Source: Octopus bimaculoides
Lineage: Eukaryota
Direction: 5' to 3'
Assembly: GCF_001194135.2 (NCBI RefSeq)
Contig: NC_068981.1
Span: forward strand, 38,900,196 to 38,964,195
DNA length: 64,000 nucleotides
The translations under genes and the position numbers were made by a program. Position 1 is the stretch's first letter, and each line of letters opens with the position of its first letter. Of the stretch, positions 13,031 to 24,919 are shown in pieces. The notes under the pieces were generated by a model, which worked only from the letters and a program-made list of their open reading frames with translations, did not search any database and had not been told where the DNA came from.

Positions 13031-15242
13031 ATGCATCTATTTCCTAAAACATATTAAAGTTCTTATTTAGTGCCATAACTAACTAATCTCTTGTTTTAAC
13101 TTCCATATGTTTATATTAAAGATACATCACCCACAAACCAATTAACTTCAATGTAGAATATTACATGCATAATGTACATCTACACCTAGTTTCTCTTTTG
13201 TCCTTTAAATTATATGGTGTCCCATCAAAACAAAAAAAACAAAAAAATCATTTAAAGAGAATCATTGATTGAACTGAAATTAAAAGTGTAGTGTAGAATC
13301 AGCAAATTTCACAACTTTCAAGTGTTTACCAGACTTTTTTATTTTATAATATTTTGCTAAATTTTGCATTACTATTTTCTTACAGAACTTCATAAATTGA
13401 TTCGTTTAGATGAAGGATGAAATTTTGTGTTTCTTTTTGATTGGTTGAAATAGAATATGTACTTTAGTCACATACTGTTAAAATTGTTTTCACTATGTGT
13501 AAAAAAAGGATAAAAAGAAAAGGCGGCTGATGACTACTTTCGCTATAACTTTAGAAATGTCAGGCCCTGTTATCTCATGAATATTTCATTTCTCTAACAT
13601 TACAAGAAATCAACATTGGCTAATCTGTAAAGAAAATATTGATTTACTTCAGAATTTCATATTATTAGCGATGTTATTATTTTTTTTTTATATTTGAAAA
13701 CTAAAAAGGATAGACTTTAAAAGCTATGCACATTTTTTCTTATTGATGATACAATTATTTCTTTAACTGGGAATTTTATGTAAAATGTTGCCATATATGT
13801 TAGGTAACAGCATAAACAAAGAAAATCCATGTAAAATTTAAAAAGCATGACACATTACTCAGTCTTTAAGGTGATTCTCTATAACACCTATTTCTTCTGG
13901 CAATCATAATTTATACAAACATCTGCAGATTTTTACTTCAGGAAATATGATTCAATTATTGAGCATCGCGTTCTCAAGATAGTTGCTTCTTTACAATTTC
14001 AAAGTTATGTTGTTCAGTCACCAGCTAATTCAAAACTATTTGATGCTAAAATGTTTATTTGCACACACACACACACACACATTTATGATTGATTATTTAT
14101 GTGTGTGTGTGTGTGTGCATGTATAATATTGAATAGGTGTTAGTTTGTAGGCTAACTGGTTTAATAAGTATGTATTTATATGCATTGCGCATAGTGCAAT
14201 GTTACATTGTGCTAAATAAGAAACCTTTATGATTATTTGTTGGTGAACTTATAATTTATACCGATTGAACTGTAGTATACTGGAGAATGTGGGAGAACCA
14301 GAGATAGGTTCACTGTCTGCTTCATTTCACTTCTCACAATTTTCTTTTATTCATTTGAATGCTTGTATATCTATTCAACATGTATGTATACTCACTCACA
14401 CACATGGAAACACACACATCTACAAACTCATTTTATGTGTGTATTCTTAGCAGAATTCTTGTATTATTAAGAAATTAATTAGTATACATATTTATGCATG
14501 TGAGTTTGTGAAGTTATTTGTGTAAACATTTCCTAGAGGAATTGTTATTCTTCAATGAAAATAAAGCAATAAACTGTAGAAAGATCATGCAAAAAATATT
14601 TTATCCACTCCTTTGTGATATCAGAAATTTCAAACTTTCTTACTGCTAGTGATGTCCTAAGTTTCAATTGAATAATGCCAAACTTATTTTTGTTGTCTAT
14701 CTATCATTTATCATGGAAATAACATGGCTAGTAAAATTAGTTTGTGCATCTAAGAAGGTTCTAGTTGTATCAATATGACTCCATTTTGGTCAAGAAGTAC
14801 AAGATAGGATTGTAAAACCTGAATAGAATTTATACTGAAGGCAAGAAGAAAAAAGTGCAAGGAAGTATTAGTATTAGATATTAGATTTGTGGCAAAGTAA
14901 TAATTCAGTAAGCTTAAAGAATGAGAAATATTCAATGAAATATTCATTGTGAAGCTGAATGAATGGCACACCAAATTACTTCTAAACAAGCTTGAGGTAG
15001 TAAAAAAAGAAAACAGATATGAAACAGATGTAAGTTATAGAGATTAGATCTGAGAAAACTGACTAATTTTGTAAAATATAGCACACATAAAAAGTATGGG
15101 AGCTTGGGTAAGAAATTATATAACTTGATAGTAAAAACATATTAAGAATAGAATTAGAATTAATATTGGTCTGGAATGGATAGTATTTTGCCATTTTTTA
15201 AAATTCATCTTTTTTTTATGAAAAGTAAGGAAGTATTTTATG

Positions 15243-15277
<35 letters not shown>

Positions 15278-15351
15278 ATAGAAAAGGTAAGACAGCAAAA
15301 GAAAGAAAGAGACCTCAATATTATGTAAATAGAGGAATTTATCTGTAAATA

Positions 15352-15484
15352 ATGTGACAATTATTCAGTAGCCATGATAAAACTGGCCATCGATGGCCAG
15401 ATAACTGAAGAGATGGCGGCGTGGATTTCCGCCCTGACATCCGAAATTCGGAGTTTTATCATGGCTACCGAATAATTGTCACAT
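15352..15484. mobile_element. 133-bp MITE-like element with 33-bp terminal inverted repeats
   Basis: 15352-15384 atgtgacaattattcagtagccatgataaaact against the reverse complement of 15452-15484: one mismatch. Confidence 0.85.
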
Positions 15485-15502
15485 ATTATTTATATATATA
15501 TA

Positions 15503-16455
15503 NNNNNNNNNNNNNNNNNNNNNNNNNNNNNNNNNNNNNNNNNNNNNNNNNNNNNNNNNNNNNNNNNNNNNNNNNNNNNNNNNNNNNNNNNNNNNNNNNN
15601 NNNNNNNNNNNNNNNNNNNNNNNNNNNNNNNNNNNNNNNNNNNNNNNNNNNNNNNNNNNNNNNNNNNNNNNNNNNNNNNNNNNNNNNNNNNNNNNNNNNN
15701 NNNNNNNNNNNNNNNNNNNNNNNNNNNNNNNNNNNNNNNNNNNNNNNNNNNNNNNNNNNNNNNNNNNNNNNNNNNNNNNNNNNNNNNNNNNNNNNNNNNN
15801 NNNNNNNNNNNNNNNNNNNNNNNNNNNNNNNNNNNNNNNNNNNNNNNNNNNNNNNNNNNNNNNNNNNNNNNNNNNNNNNNNNNNNNNNNNNNNNNNNNNN
15901 NNNNNNNNNNNNNNNNNNNNNNNNNNNNNNNNNNNNNNNNNNNNNNNNNNNNNNNNNNNNNNNNNNNNNNNNNNNNNNNNNNNNNNNNNNNNNNNNNNNN
16001 NNNNNNNNNNNNNNNNNNNNNNNNNNNNNNNNNNNNNNNNNNNNNNNNNNNNNNNNNNNNNNNNNNNNNNNNNNNNNNNNNNNNNNNNNNNNNNNNNNNN
16101 NNNNNNNNNNNNNNNNNNNNNNNNNNNNNNNNNNNNNNNNNNNNNNNNNNNNNNNNNNNNNNNNNNNNNNNNNNNNNNNNNNNNNNNNNNNNNNNNNNNN
16201 NNNNNNNNNNNNNNNNNNNNNNNNNNNNNNNNNNNNNNNNNNNNNNNNNNNNNNNNNNNNNNNNNNNNNNNNNNNNNNNNNNNNNNNNNNNNNNNNNNNN
16301 NNNNNNNNNNNNNNNNNNNNNNNNNNNNNNNNNNNNNNNNNNNNNNNNNNNNNNNNNNNNNNNNNNNNNNNNNNNNNNNNNNNNNNNNNNNNNNNNNNNN
16401 NNNNNNNNNNNNNNNNNNNNNNNNNNNNNNNNNNNNNNNNNNNNNNNNNNNNNNN
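15503..16455. other. Assembly gap (N run)
   Basis: Ns flanked by (TA)n and (CA)n. Confidence 1.
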
Positions 16456-16468
16456 GCACACACACATA

Positions 16469-17743
16469 TGGTATGATGGATAAATTGTCGCCATTTTATA
16501 TTTTTAATTTCATGCATGTGCATTGTCTGGTTTTGATTTTGTCAACTACATGGTATAGTAGGGTCAGTTGCACACCATCTGTGAGGAAAACACAATTCAC
16601 TCTGCCAGAAATTTGGAAACAACATGCTATAGAGCTTAGCATTTGCACCAGAAGCTCCAATATGAACATTTCAGAGTGTTTAGATGTCAGTCTGAGGACA
16701 GTACAGAGGATTCGGAAAGAGTTGGATGAGTCTAATAGTGATTACAAAAGTATTACAGCTTGGAGAACTCACTCTGATCATTCCGATACGAAAAATCTCA
16801 TGAATTTGTTGGTGAGATCTAGCCATGATTGACAACGATCCCTCCATGTCAATCAGGTCCATCGCCTGGGAAATTGGAGTGTCTGAGTTTATTAACAGGC
16901 AGGTAGTGCATGAAAGCATTCGGTATTCCTCAAACAAGATGAGAAAGAGCCAATCTTTATGCAAAGTCATCAAGCACAAGGGAAAAGTGCACACTACGAA
17001 GCTTTTGAACAAACTTAAGCATCCTCTCCAACCGGACTTGCTTTGGTTTCTCAGACAAGAAAAATTTCTGCCCGGACCAGATGGTGAACACACAAAACAA
17101 CCGTTGCCTCCCTGTGTCCCCCAAACATGTACTGAGAGTGATAAAAATTAAACATCCAGTTAACAGCATAGTGTTTAGAGTGATCACTAGTGTTGGTGAG
17201 GTTGTGTCTCCATTCATCTGACCGCATGGTCTCACACTCAATATGGAGGCCTATATTATATGCCTGAAGGAGGTAGCACTTCCCTGGATCAAGAGGGGGC
17301 TGTTGGAAAACCCTGTCTGGCAACAGGACTCTGCACCATGCCACACAAGCAGGAGAACCTAGCTATTGCTGACAGACAATTTCTGCAGTCACACCACCTC
17401 TAACACCTAATCTCTAGACTGCAACCCCCTTGAATATTATGTGTGGGGTGCAGTTGAGCAAGGGACCAACAAAACTCTTTGTAACACCAAAGACGAACTG
17501 AAGGCAACGATTATAGCAACATTTACCAACTTCAACAAGGAGACCATCCAGAAGAGTTGCAGGAGATTCCGAAGTCGTCTGGAGGCAGTGGTTGAAGCCA
17601 ATGGCAATTTTATTGAATAAATTTACTCTTTAGTATTTCAAGATATTTTTATGTAATTTTGTTAAATATATCTGTTAAAATGAGATGTCAGTGTTATTTT
17701 CATTTTTGTGTAATTTAGACGACAATTTATTCACTGCACGCTG
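16469..17743 (+). mobile_element. Near-full-length, inactive Tc1/mariner element, DD37D (maT) type
   Basis: ~1.28 kb, TA-flanked, ends share ataaattgtcg. Transposase remnants HTH (LRTVQRIRKEL), WQQDSAPCHTSRR and DCNPLEYYVWGAVE, with frameshifts and stops. Confidence 0.9.
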
Positions 17744-17778
17744 TATATATATGTATGTATATATATATATATATATAT

Positions 17779-18198
17779 NNNNNNNNNNNNNNNNNNNNNN
17801 NNNNNNNNNNNNNNNNNNNNNNNNNNNNNNNNNNNNNNNNNNNNNNNNNNNNNNNNNNNNNNNNNNNNNNNNNNNNNNNNNNNNNNNNNNNNNNNNNNNN
17901 NNNNNNNNNNNNNNNNNNNNNNNNNNNNNNNNNNNNNNNNNNNNNNNNNNNNNNNNNNNNNNNNNNNNNNNNNNNNNNNNNNNNNNNNNNNNNNNNNNNN
18001 NNNNNNNNNNNNNNNNNNNNNNNNNNNNNNNNNNNNNNNNNNNNNNNNNNNNNNNNNNNNNNNNNNNNNNNNNNNNNNNNNNNNNNNNNNNNNNNNNNNN
18101 NNNNNNNNNNNNNNNNNNNNNNNNNNNNNNNNNNNNNNNNNNNNNNNNNNNNNNNNNNNNNNNNNNNNNNNNNNNNNNNNNNNNNNNNNNNNNNNNNN
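17779..18198. other. Assembly gap (N run)
   Basis: Ns after (TA)n. Confidence 1.
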
Positions 18199-18288
18199 TA
18201 ATGTAATATAAAGCTGAAGCAAATTAACACCAAATATACAGTGCGTGTGTTTTTATTGGCTAAACTGGCAATATGACCATCCCCAAGT

Positions 18289-18324
<36 letters not shown>

Positions 18325-18326
<2 letters not shown>

Positions 18327-19190
18327 TAATAAAGGGTAAAATTCGTTAATGATTTTACCAAAAGGATCAGCATGGAAATAAAAACCTTATAGCGTCTTTT
18401 GGTGTCTATTCTAGCATGTGGAGAGGCTTATAGCCAACCCCTTGTTATGCTTATGTATATAATTATTATAATGCATACACACACGTGTTTTTTTTAGTTC
18501 TAAACGTCAGTTTGACATTTGTGATCACGTGGTGGGAGCCATTTTGTCACGTGATTCACATAGTGTATATATTTCTTGGCTTTGGATAGTACTTCAGTCA
18601 ACCAAGCTTCTTCATTAAGTGCTTTTTTTCATTATATTCTTGCACGTTTTTTTTCCTTTTACTAGCTAATCACACTCTCGTTATATATGTTTCCTTATCT
18701 ACATATATTATCTCCCCAATTGACGCTCCATGCCTTAAATTTGACAGATATTTATTGCTATTTGATGTGTTTTATAATAAAACCTTGATAATTTCCTTTG
18801 TACTAAATGTTGCTTAAACGGACAGATTTTTATACTTTTCTTATTTTATGCATTTTTAAATTTAAGATACGTTTTTTGAAGTTACCGGACCTGAAGAGTG
18901 TCCTCATATTGAGTGGTATATATCTTGTTCGATTCATTATAGATTGACTAGATATTTCTCACTGTTATGCGACCATGAAACGTGCGTAGTCTTTCTCCCA
19001 CTTTCGTTTCTTAAACGTAACCGATTTTAATTCTTAGTCCAATATTTCATAGATTTTATGTATTATTAATTTTCCCTCGCATTTTTTAGATTTTTAAACT
19101 AGTTTTGTATAGTACACTTTTCTTGATGGTGTCTGATCTCCTTTTTCGTGCGAGTTGCACCATGATGGTTCTCCTCTAAGTTATTAAAAA
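18325..19190 (+). mobile_element. Non-coding repeat resembling a Penelope-like pseudo-LTR/UTR
   Basis: CpG-containing block between microsatellites that carries a hammerhead motif, a known PLE feature. PLE assignment is inference; boundaries approximate. Confidence 0.5.
18887..18992 (+). ncRNA. Type I hammerhead ribozyme motif (slightly decayed)
   Basis: GGAC-CTGAAGA(18891-18897)-79-nt stem II-GAAAC(18977-18981)-GTGC-GTA(18986-18988)-GTCT: core boxes, mini stem III and stem I in the correct order. Confidence 0.65.
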
Positions 19191-19204
19191 AATATATATA
19201 TGTA

Positions 19205-19390
19205 TTATGCATTTGTGTGTCTTTGTTCCCCCACCATCGCTTGACAATCAATGTTGGTATGTTTACATCCCCTAACTTAGCAGTTTAGCAAAAGAGACCT
19301 GTAGAATAAGTACTAGGCTTATAAAGAATAAGTCCTGGGGTTGATTTGTTTGACTAAAAGTAGTGCTTCTGTATAGTGACAGTCAAGTGA
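19205..19390 (+). mobile_element. SINE A, 3' half
   Basis: gcttgacaa..atgttggt..gtttacatcccc.taacttagc...gactgaa.c.agtaaaagag, shared with 26700-26897 and 44340-44548. Confidence 0.8.
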
Positions 19391-19669
19391 CTGAAGCGAG
19401 TAAAAGAGAAAATATATATATATATATATATATATTTAATTTCGTTTTTGGATTTGGTTTGCAAGATTCTTTATGTGAGTTCGTGTGTTGAAACATATTC
19501 TGTTGTGTCTGGGGAGAGTCATTCTCTTTTGGTGCCTTATAATTTAACACACTCACCAGTTAAATTTCCCCTTATTTCTTTTAAATTTTTCTAAAATTTT
19601 CGTTGCGTCTTGCAACCTTTTAAATGGTTTTTACTCTGTCCGTTATTCACACTGTGTTCCTTTTAGTTT

Positions 19670-20060
19670 GTTTGCGCACATGTGCATGGGTTAGTGTGTG
19701 TGTGTGTGCCTACACATGCATGTATTTATTATGTATGTGTGTGTGTGTGTGTGCATATGTATATATGTATATGTGTATATTTGTATGTATGTATTCTGCA
19801 TATTCATGCGTTTGCGTGTTTTTATGTATATATGTGTACCTGTGTGTGCTTGTGTTTGTATATGTGTGTGTATACTTCTCTCTCCTTGTGTGTGCATGTC
19901 TGAGTGTGTGTGGGGGCGTGTTTTGCAACTATGTACCGCGTTGGTATGAATAGATGAGCATCTTCATATGTGTGGACGTGTGTCTCCATATGTGTCCTTG
20001 TGTGAAGTAATGTGTGTGTGTATATATGGTCATGTGTTTCAGTCTTCATTTGTGTATGTG
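19670..20060. repeat. Degenerate (TG)n/(TA)n/(TATG)n microsatellite tract
   Basis: Directly visible; source of the spurious VCVC/HTHT ORFs. Confidence 0.9.
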
Positions 20061-20084
20061 TGCACACAAACACAAATACACGTT

Positions 20085-20340
20085 CGGATGGTGCTTTTTA
20101 CATGCCATTGGCATGGGGAAGCCAGTGTGCGTCTTTGTGCTTATGTTTGTTCCCCCACCAGCACTTGACAACCAGTGTTCGAGCGTTTACATTCCCATAA
20201 CTTAGCATAAGAGATTGATGGAATATATACCACGCTTAAAAAATGAAATACTAGAGTTGATTCATTTGTCTAAAAATTCAAGGTGGTGTCCCAGCATGGC
20301 GGCAGCCTAACGACTGAAACAAATAAAAGATAAAAGACAA
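20085..20340 (+). mobile_element. SINE A 3' half preceded by a short family C piece
   Basis: gcacttgacaaccagtgtt...tcaaggtggtgtcccagcatggc...gactgaaacaaataaaaga. Confidence 0.75.
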
Positions 20341-20686
20341 AGATATATACACACACACACACACACACATAAAATCGTCATCTGAATGTCTACTTTTCCA
20401 TGTTTGCATGCATGGGTCAAAAGGGAGTGCATTGAGAGCAACGGCTTTTATGGTCACGTACCTTTCTTGTAACCAACCCCATTTGCTTCAAAGTAAGTTG
20501 ATAATCTATCAGTTCTGTTGAACAACAAACACATTGGACATATTTCAGTTGTTTTCAAAAGCATAGAACAATTAGTCAGCAAGGAATGTCAGACCAGCAT
20601 TGTTTTTGTCCAGTCAGACACATGTGAAATATTAACAATCATGCATACTTGCACACACACACACACATATAAATATGAGTTGGGAG

Positions 20687-20852
20687 CAGTGGTTCCCAAC
20701 CAGGGGTCAACAGACTTCTGGTGGTCCGAAAAGGTAGTACTGATGGTCTGTGAACTAAATTCAAAATTTCATATATATACATACATACAGATAAGCATAT
20801 TAAAAGGGGCCCGTGGAAAAACTCATTTAAATAAAAAGGTTGGGAACGAGTT
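20687..20852. mobile_element. Short hAT (Charlie-like) MITE, right end decayed
   Basis: Left TIR cagtggttcccaacc; right end ggttgggaacgagtt matches 10 of the 15 TIR bases; no TSD seen. Confidence 0.6.
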
Positions 20853-21078
20853 AACTTTTTAATCCTTGACTACTACCTTATGTCCATGGGGATAAGTGCA
20901 CTTCATTTTGATATGGAATGCTTTTCCTCTCACTTTGTAAAGCAGGGCATTAAGTAAATACTGAATCTAGTTAACTTAAATGCTATAAATTTAGCATAGG
21001 GAAAATCTTCCAAGTTGTTTCTAAATTGAATCATATAATATTACTGACTTGATGTTATCCAAAAGAATTTTTTTATCT

Positions 21079-21597
21079 NNNNNNNNNNNNNNNNNNNNNN
21101 NNNNNNNNNNNNNNNNNNNNNNNNNNNNNNNNNNNNNNNNNNNNNNNNNNNNNNNNNNNNNNNNNNNNNNNNNNNNNNNNNNNNNNNNNNNNNNNNNNNN
21201 NNNNNNNNNNNNNNNNNNNNNNNNNNNNNNNNNNNNNNNNNNNNNNNNNNNNNNNNNNNNNNNNNNNNNNNNNNNNNNNNNNNNNNNNNNNNNNNNNNNN
21301 NNNNNNNNNNNNNNNNNNNNNNNNNNNNNNNNNNNNNNNNNNNNNNNNNNNNNNNNNNNNNNNNNNNNNNNNNNNNNNNNNNNNNNNNNNNNNNNNNNNN
21401 NNNNNNNNNNNNNNNNNNNNNNNNNNNNNNNNNNNNNNNNNNNNNNNNNNNNNNNNNNNNNNNNNNNNNNNNNNNNNNNNNNNNNNNNNNNNNNNNNNNN
21501 NNNNNNNNNNNNNNNNNNNNNNNNNNNNNNNNNNNNNNNNNNNNNNNNNNNNNNNNNNNNNNNNNNNNNNNNNNNNNNNNNNNNNNNNNNNNNNNNN
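21079..21597. other. Assembly gap flanked by a 308-bp direct duplication
   Basis: 20771-21078 is repeated at 21608-21915. Confidence 0.95.
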
Positions 21598-23949
21598 ATA
21601 TATATATATATATATACATACATACAGATAAGCATATTAAAAGGGGCCCGTGGAAAAACTCATTTAAATAAAAAGGTTGGGAACGAGTTAACTTTTTAAT
21701 CCTTGACTACTACCTTATGTCCATGGGGATAAGTGCACTTCATTTTGATATGGAATGCTTTTCCTCTCACTTTGTAAAGCAGGGCATTAAGTAAATACTG
21801 AATCTAGTTAACTTAAATGCTATAAATTTAGCATAGGGAAAATCTTCCAAGTTGTTTCTAAATTGAATCATATAATATTACTGACTTGATGTTATCCAAA
21901 AGAATTTTTTTATCTTGTAGAATGAGTGTTACATTGCTGAAATGGTAAGAGACATGTTGGAAGTGACATATTATTAAGTTGGTTTTTGTGTTTGTTCTTA
22001 ATGCAAATAGTTTTCAAAATACAATATATATTAGGCTCAAACACAATAATCTGGGATTCATCACAATGAAATAAGAATGGAATGCAATGAAGATTTAGTT
22101 TCATTGTTTAACTCACTATAGCTTCCTTAATAAACCCATTGTCCAACATAAGATAACTTCGAAAATAAGTTCATGACAGACAGAATTGTTATAGAAAGCC
22201 TTGTAAATAGAAATGACAGTGTTGAGTGATAGATAAGCAGCATATTTCAATGAAACATTGACACACTAATGACTCTTTATTCAAGTTACATTAGATCAGA
22301 TTATAGGACTGTATGTAGGTAAAAAGAAAAATAACTTTAAGATGTGGTTATATTGTAAGAAAGTGAATTATACTAATCTACACAACTCTTACAGTAAGAT
22401 TATAATGATTATGCTGGAAGTTTTATATTATTTGAAAAAGGTTTTTTTTACTCACTAAAGTAGACAAGGATGATTTTTACAGTTATAAATAATGGGACAA
22501 AATTGGCCCCTTTTCAAAATAGGAAAAGAAAAGTAGAAGATGGTTTAAAAAAACGTACAGTTTGAGATATAGTGAATAGCAATTAACTGGATATTCAAGT
22601 TAAAGACAAGCATCAAAATTGTAAAATTAGTCCACAAAAGAGTTTTTATCTTCCTGATAATAATTGTAACTGAACATCTAGCATTTCCGTACTATTGCTT
22701 CTGTCTATAAAAACTAAGTTTTATCTTTTTTTAAAGATTTACATTTTGAATATATTGTTGTTAAATAGTTGTTTACATTAAGTAAATATTATTACTGCAA
22801 AAATAAGTGTTCAGTATTTTTAAATTGCTTTACTAATACAAGTGTCGTGTTTCATTGTGTAGAATCACTTCCTTCAGACAAATGTATGTGCAATTAGTGT
22901 AGGAAAGCTTTGGAACACCCATCAACATTGTTGTGTCTCACCAGCCAAAGGAACCTTGCACAATTGAATCAAGCAAGAGTCTGTAGCTCTTGTTTATAAC
23001 TTCAACAAACAAATTATTATTCATCGATGCTTGCTGATATCTGCAACTGATAAGAAATAGCCATGTGCACAGTGAATGGCAAGAATCAAATTGGTTGTAA
23101 TATAATCATTCTTAATACATTTTGACAGATTCAAACATGAATACGCTAATTACTGCTAATTACATTGGAGAACAACTTCCTTTCTGATGACTGTGCATTC
23201 ATAACATGCTTAACTCTGTAACAAAAAAAGGGGATTTGGGACAACTAGTGTTTCAGCACCATTGTGTCTCATCAGCCGAAGGCACCCTAGACTATTGAAT
23301 CTAACAAGTGCTGGTGGTCTGCAGAGCTTTGATAAATTGATGATGGCTGGTGAATAAACCTTGATTGACTTCTCTGTTCATGCTAAATTTATCACTGAAC
23401 TCATCACTGACACTCACTTTACTACTTGGATTTTTCTACATCGCTTTACAGACCTCACAAACCACAAATTAACACCATGTTCCTAAGGTGACCAGCAGAT
23501 TACTGAGCATGGAATCATCAAAGGCATATGTGTGTGAATAAATGTGTTTGTTTACCAGAGAAATTTTCTTTCCCACTATTAAAATTCTACCATCTTAATA
23601 TTAGATGAAGATCTCATGTACTACAGAATTATTCTAGTACCAGATCACCTTTTATTCACCCAACAGGTAACACCAATTCATAATTAAAAATGTGAACAAG
23701 CAACTAAGTGCCTATGAACAGCTGTTGGCTATTGGTCACTGATACATTCCTACATTATAGTTAACCTACTTAAATTTTATTCAACACTTAAAAAAGATGT
23801 GCATAAATCTATATATACATATATGTATACAAGACTATTAATGCATGTACACTGGATTATATAAGGCACACAAATTCGGTTATTTCTACAAGCAAATAGC
23901 TACATGGTGCAATAATATCTTGAAATATATTTCCCTAAAAACATTTAAC

Positions 23950-24390
23950 AAACTTTTATCATATTGATATGTCTGAAGTCCTTCAAGCATCTCTAGTTGT
24001 TGATATAATTTTATGATACATCTTGTATTAAATAGTAATAATTTTGAACATAAGTTCAAAATGCGCTTTGTCTAACAGAAAGAGACCATCATCATTTGCA
24101 TGGAGGCAAACAAATGCCTGTGTATTTTGTATAAAGTCTTGTGATATAAGTGTTGTTGATTGAGATCTTGGAATGGATATTTTCTTATCAATTCTAAATT
24201 GTAGTTGAATCTAAGCATTGTATAATTTCACAATGACTTTTGAAGTCAAGTAATTCTTTCATACATTGAACAAATACAAGCATATTGAGAATATGATGAT
24301 TTTATATATTGCCACCTTATTGAATTAATTTATCTGTTACAGAGATAAAAACTTTTTGGGGAGGCCCTAAATATTGAACTCATCATCACA
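23950..24390 (-). mobile_element. Decayed Penelope-like reverse transcriptase fragment, copy 1
   Basis: Frameshifted remnants SFYL..., CLDSTTI and NTYITRLYTKYT fit PLE RT motifs FYLRYIDD, FLDTTI and TTLYTKPT. Confidence 0.5.
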
Positions 24391-24919
24391 ATATACCTCT
24401 TGACAATATTATAGACATCACTTACACATTTTTAATAGCACCAGACAATATCTACGAATGTTTAGAAAACTCTAGGCCTTTCATTAGCTTCAGTACCCCA
24501 GTTATCATTTCTTAATTTTACAAGAATTCTCTCAGCTGCTTTGTATGTATTCTCCATTTGGCTATAAATATATTTTATGTTGCGAGGGTGGGGTAGACTG
24601 GTAGAATTGGTAAGGCAAGGGACAAAATGCATGGTGGTATTTAGCTGCATAACTTTATGTTTGGATTTCAAATACAGAGGAGATTAACATTGTCCTTCAT
24701 TCTGCTGTAGTTTATAAAATAAGCTGCCATTGAATATTGAAGTTGATCTAATTGACTACGTCCATTCCCTACATTTGAAACCTTGCATGCAGAGGAGAAA
24801 TTAAATAGATTATATTTTATCTGTAAAATAGATTATATTAAAAATAGATTATATTTTATCTGTTTTTCTTTTATGCTACTGATTTTTGCTTATGTTGTAC
24901 CAAGATTCTATAATATTCT

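Noticed and set aside
19560-19625. Hammerhead-like gttgc-aagac-gcaac-GAAA on the minus strand
   Set aside because: No CUGANGA box before the stem and no stem I/III pairing.
15421-21699. Long ORFs (up to 351 aa) in the track around 15.4-16.5, 17.7-18.2 and 21.0-21.7 kb
   Set aside because: They consist of X residues from N-gaps.
24803-24863. Short direct repeats (aaatagattatattttatctgt) as a CRISPR-like array
   Set aside because: No unique spacers; this is a simple slippage duplication in eukaryotic DNA.
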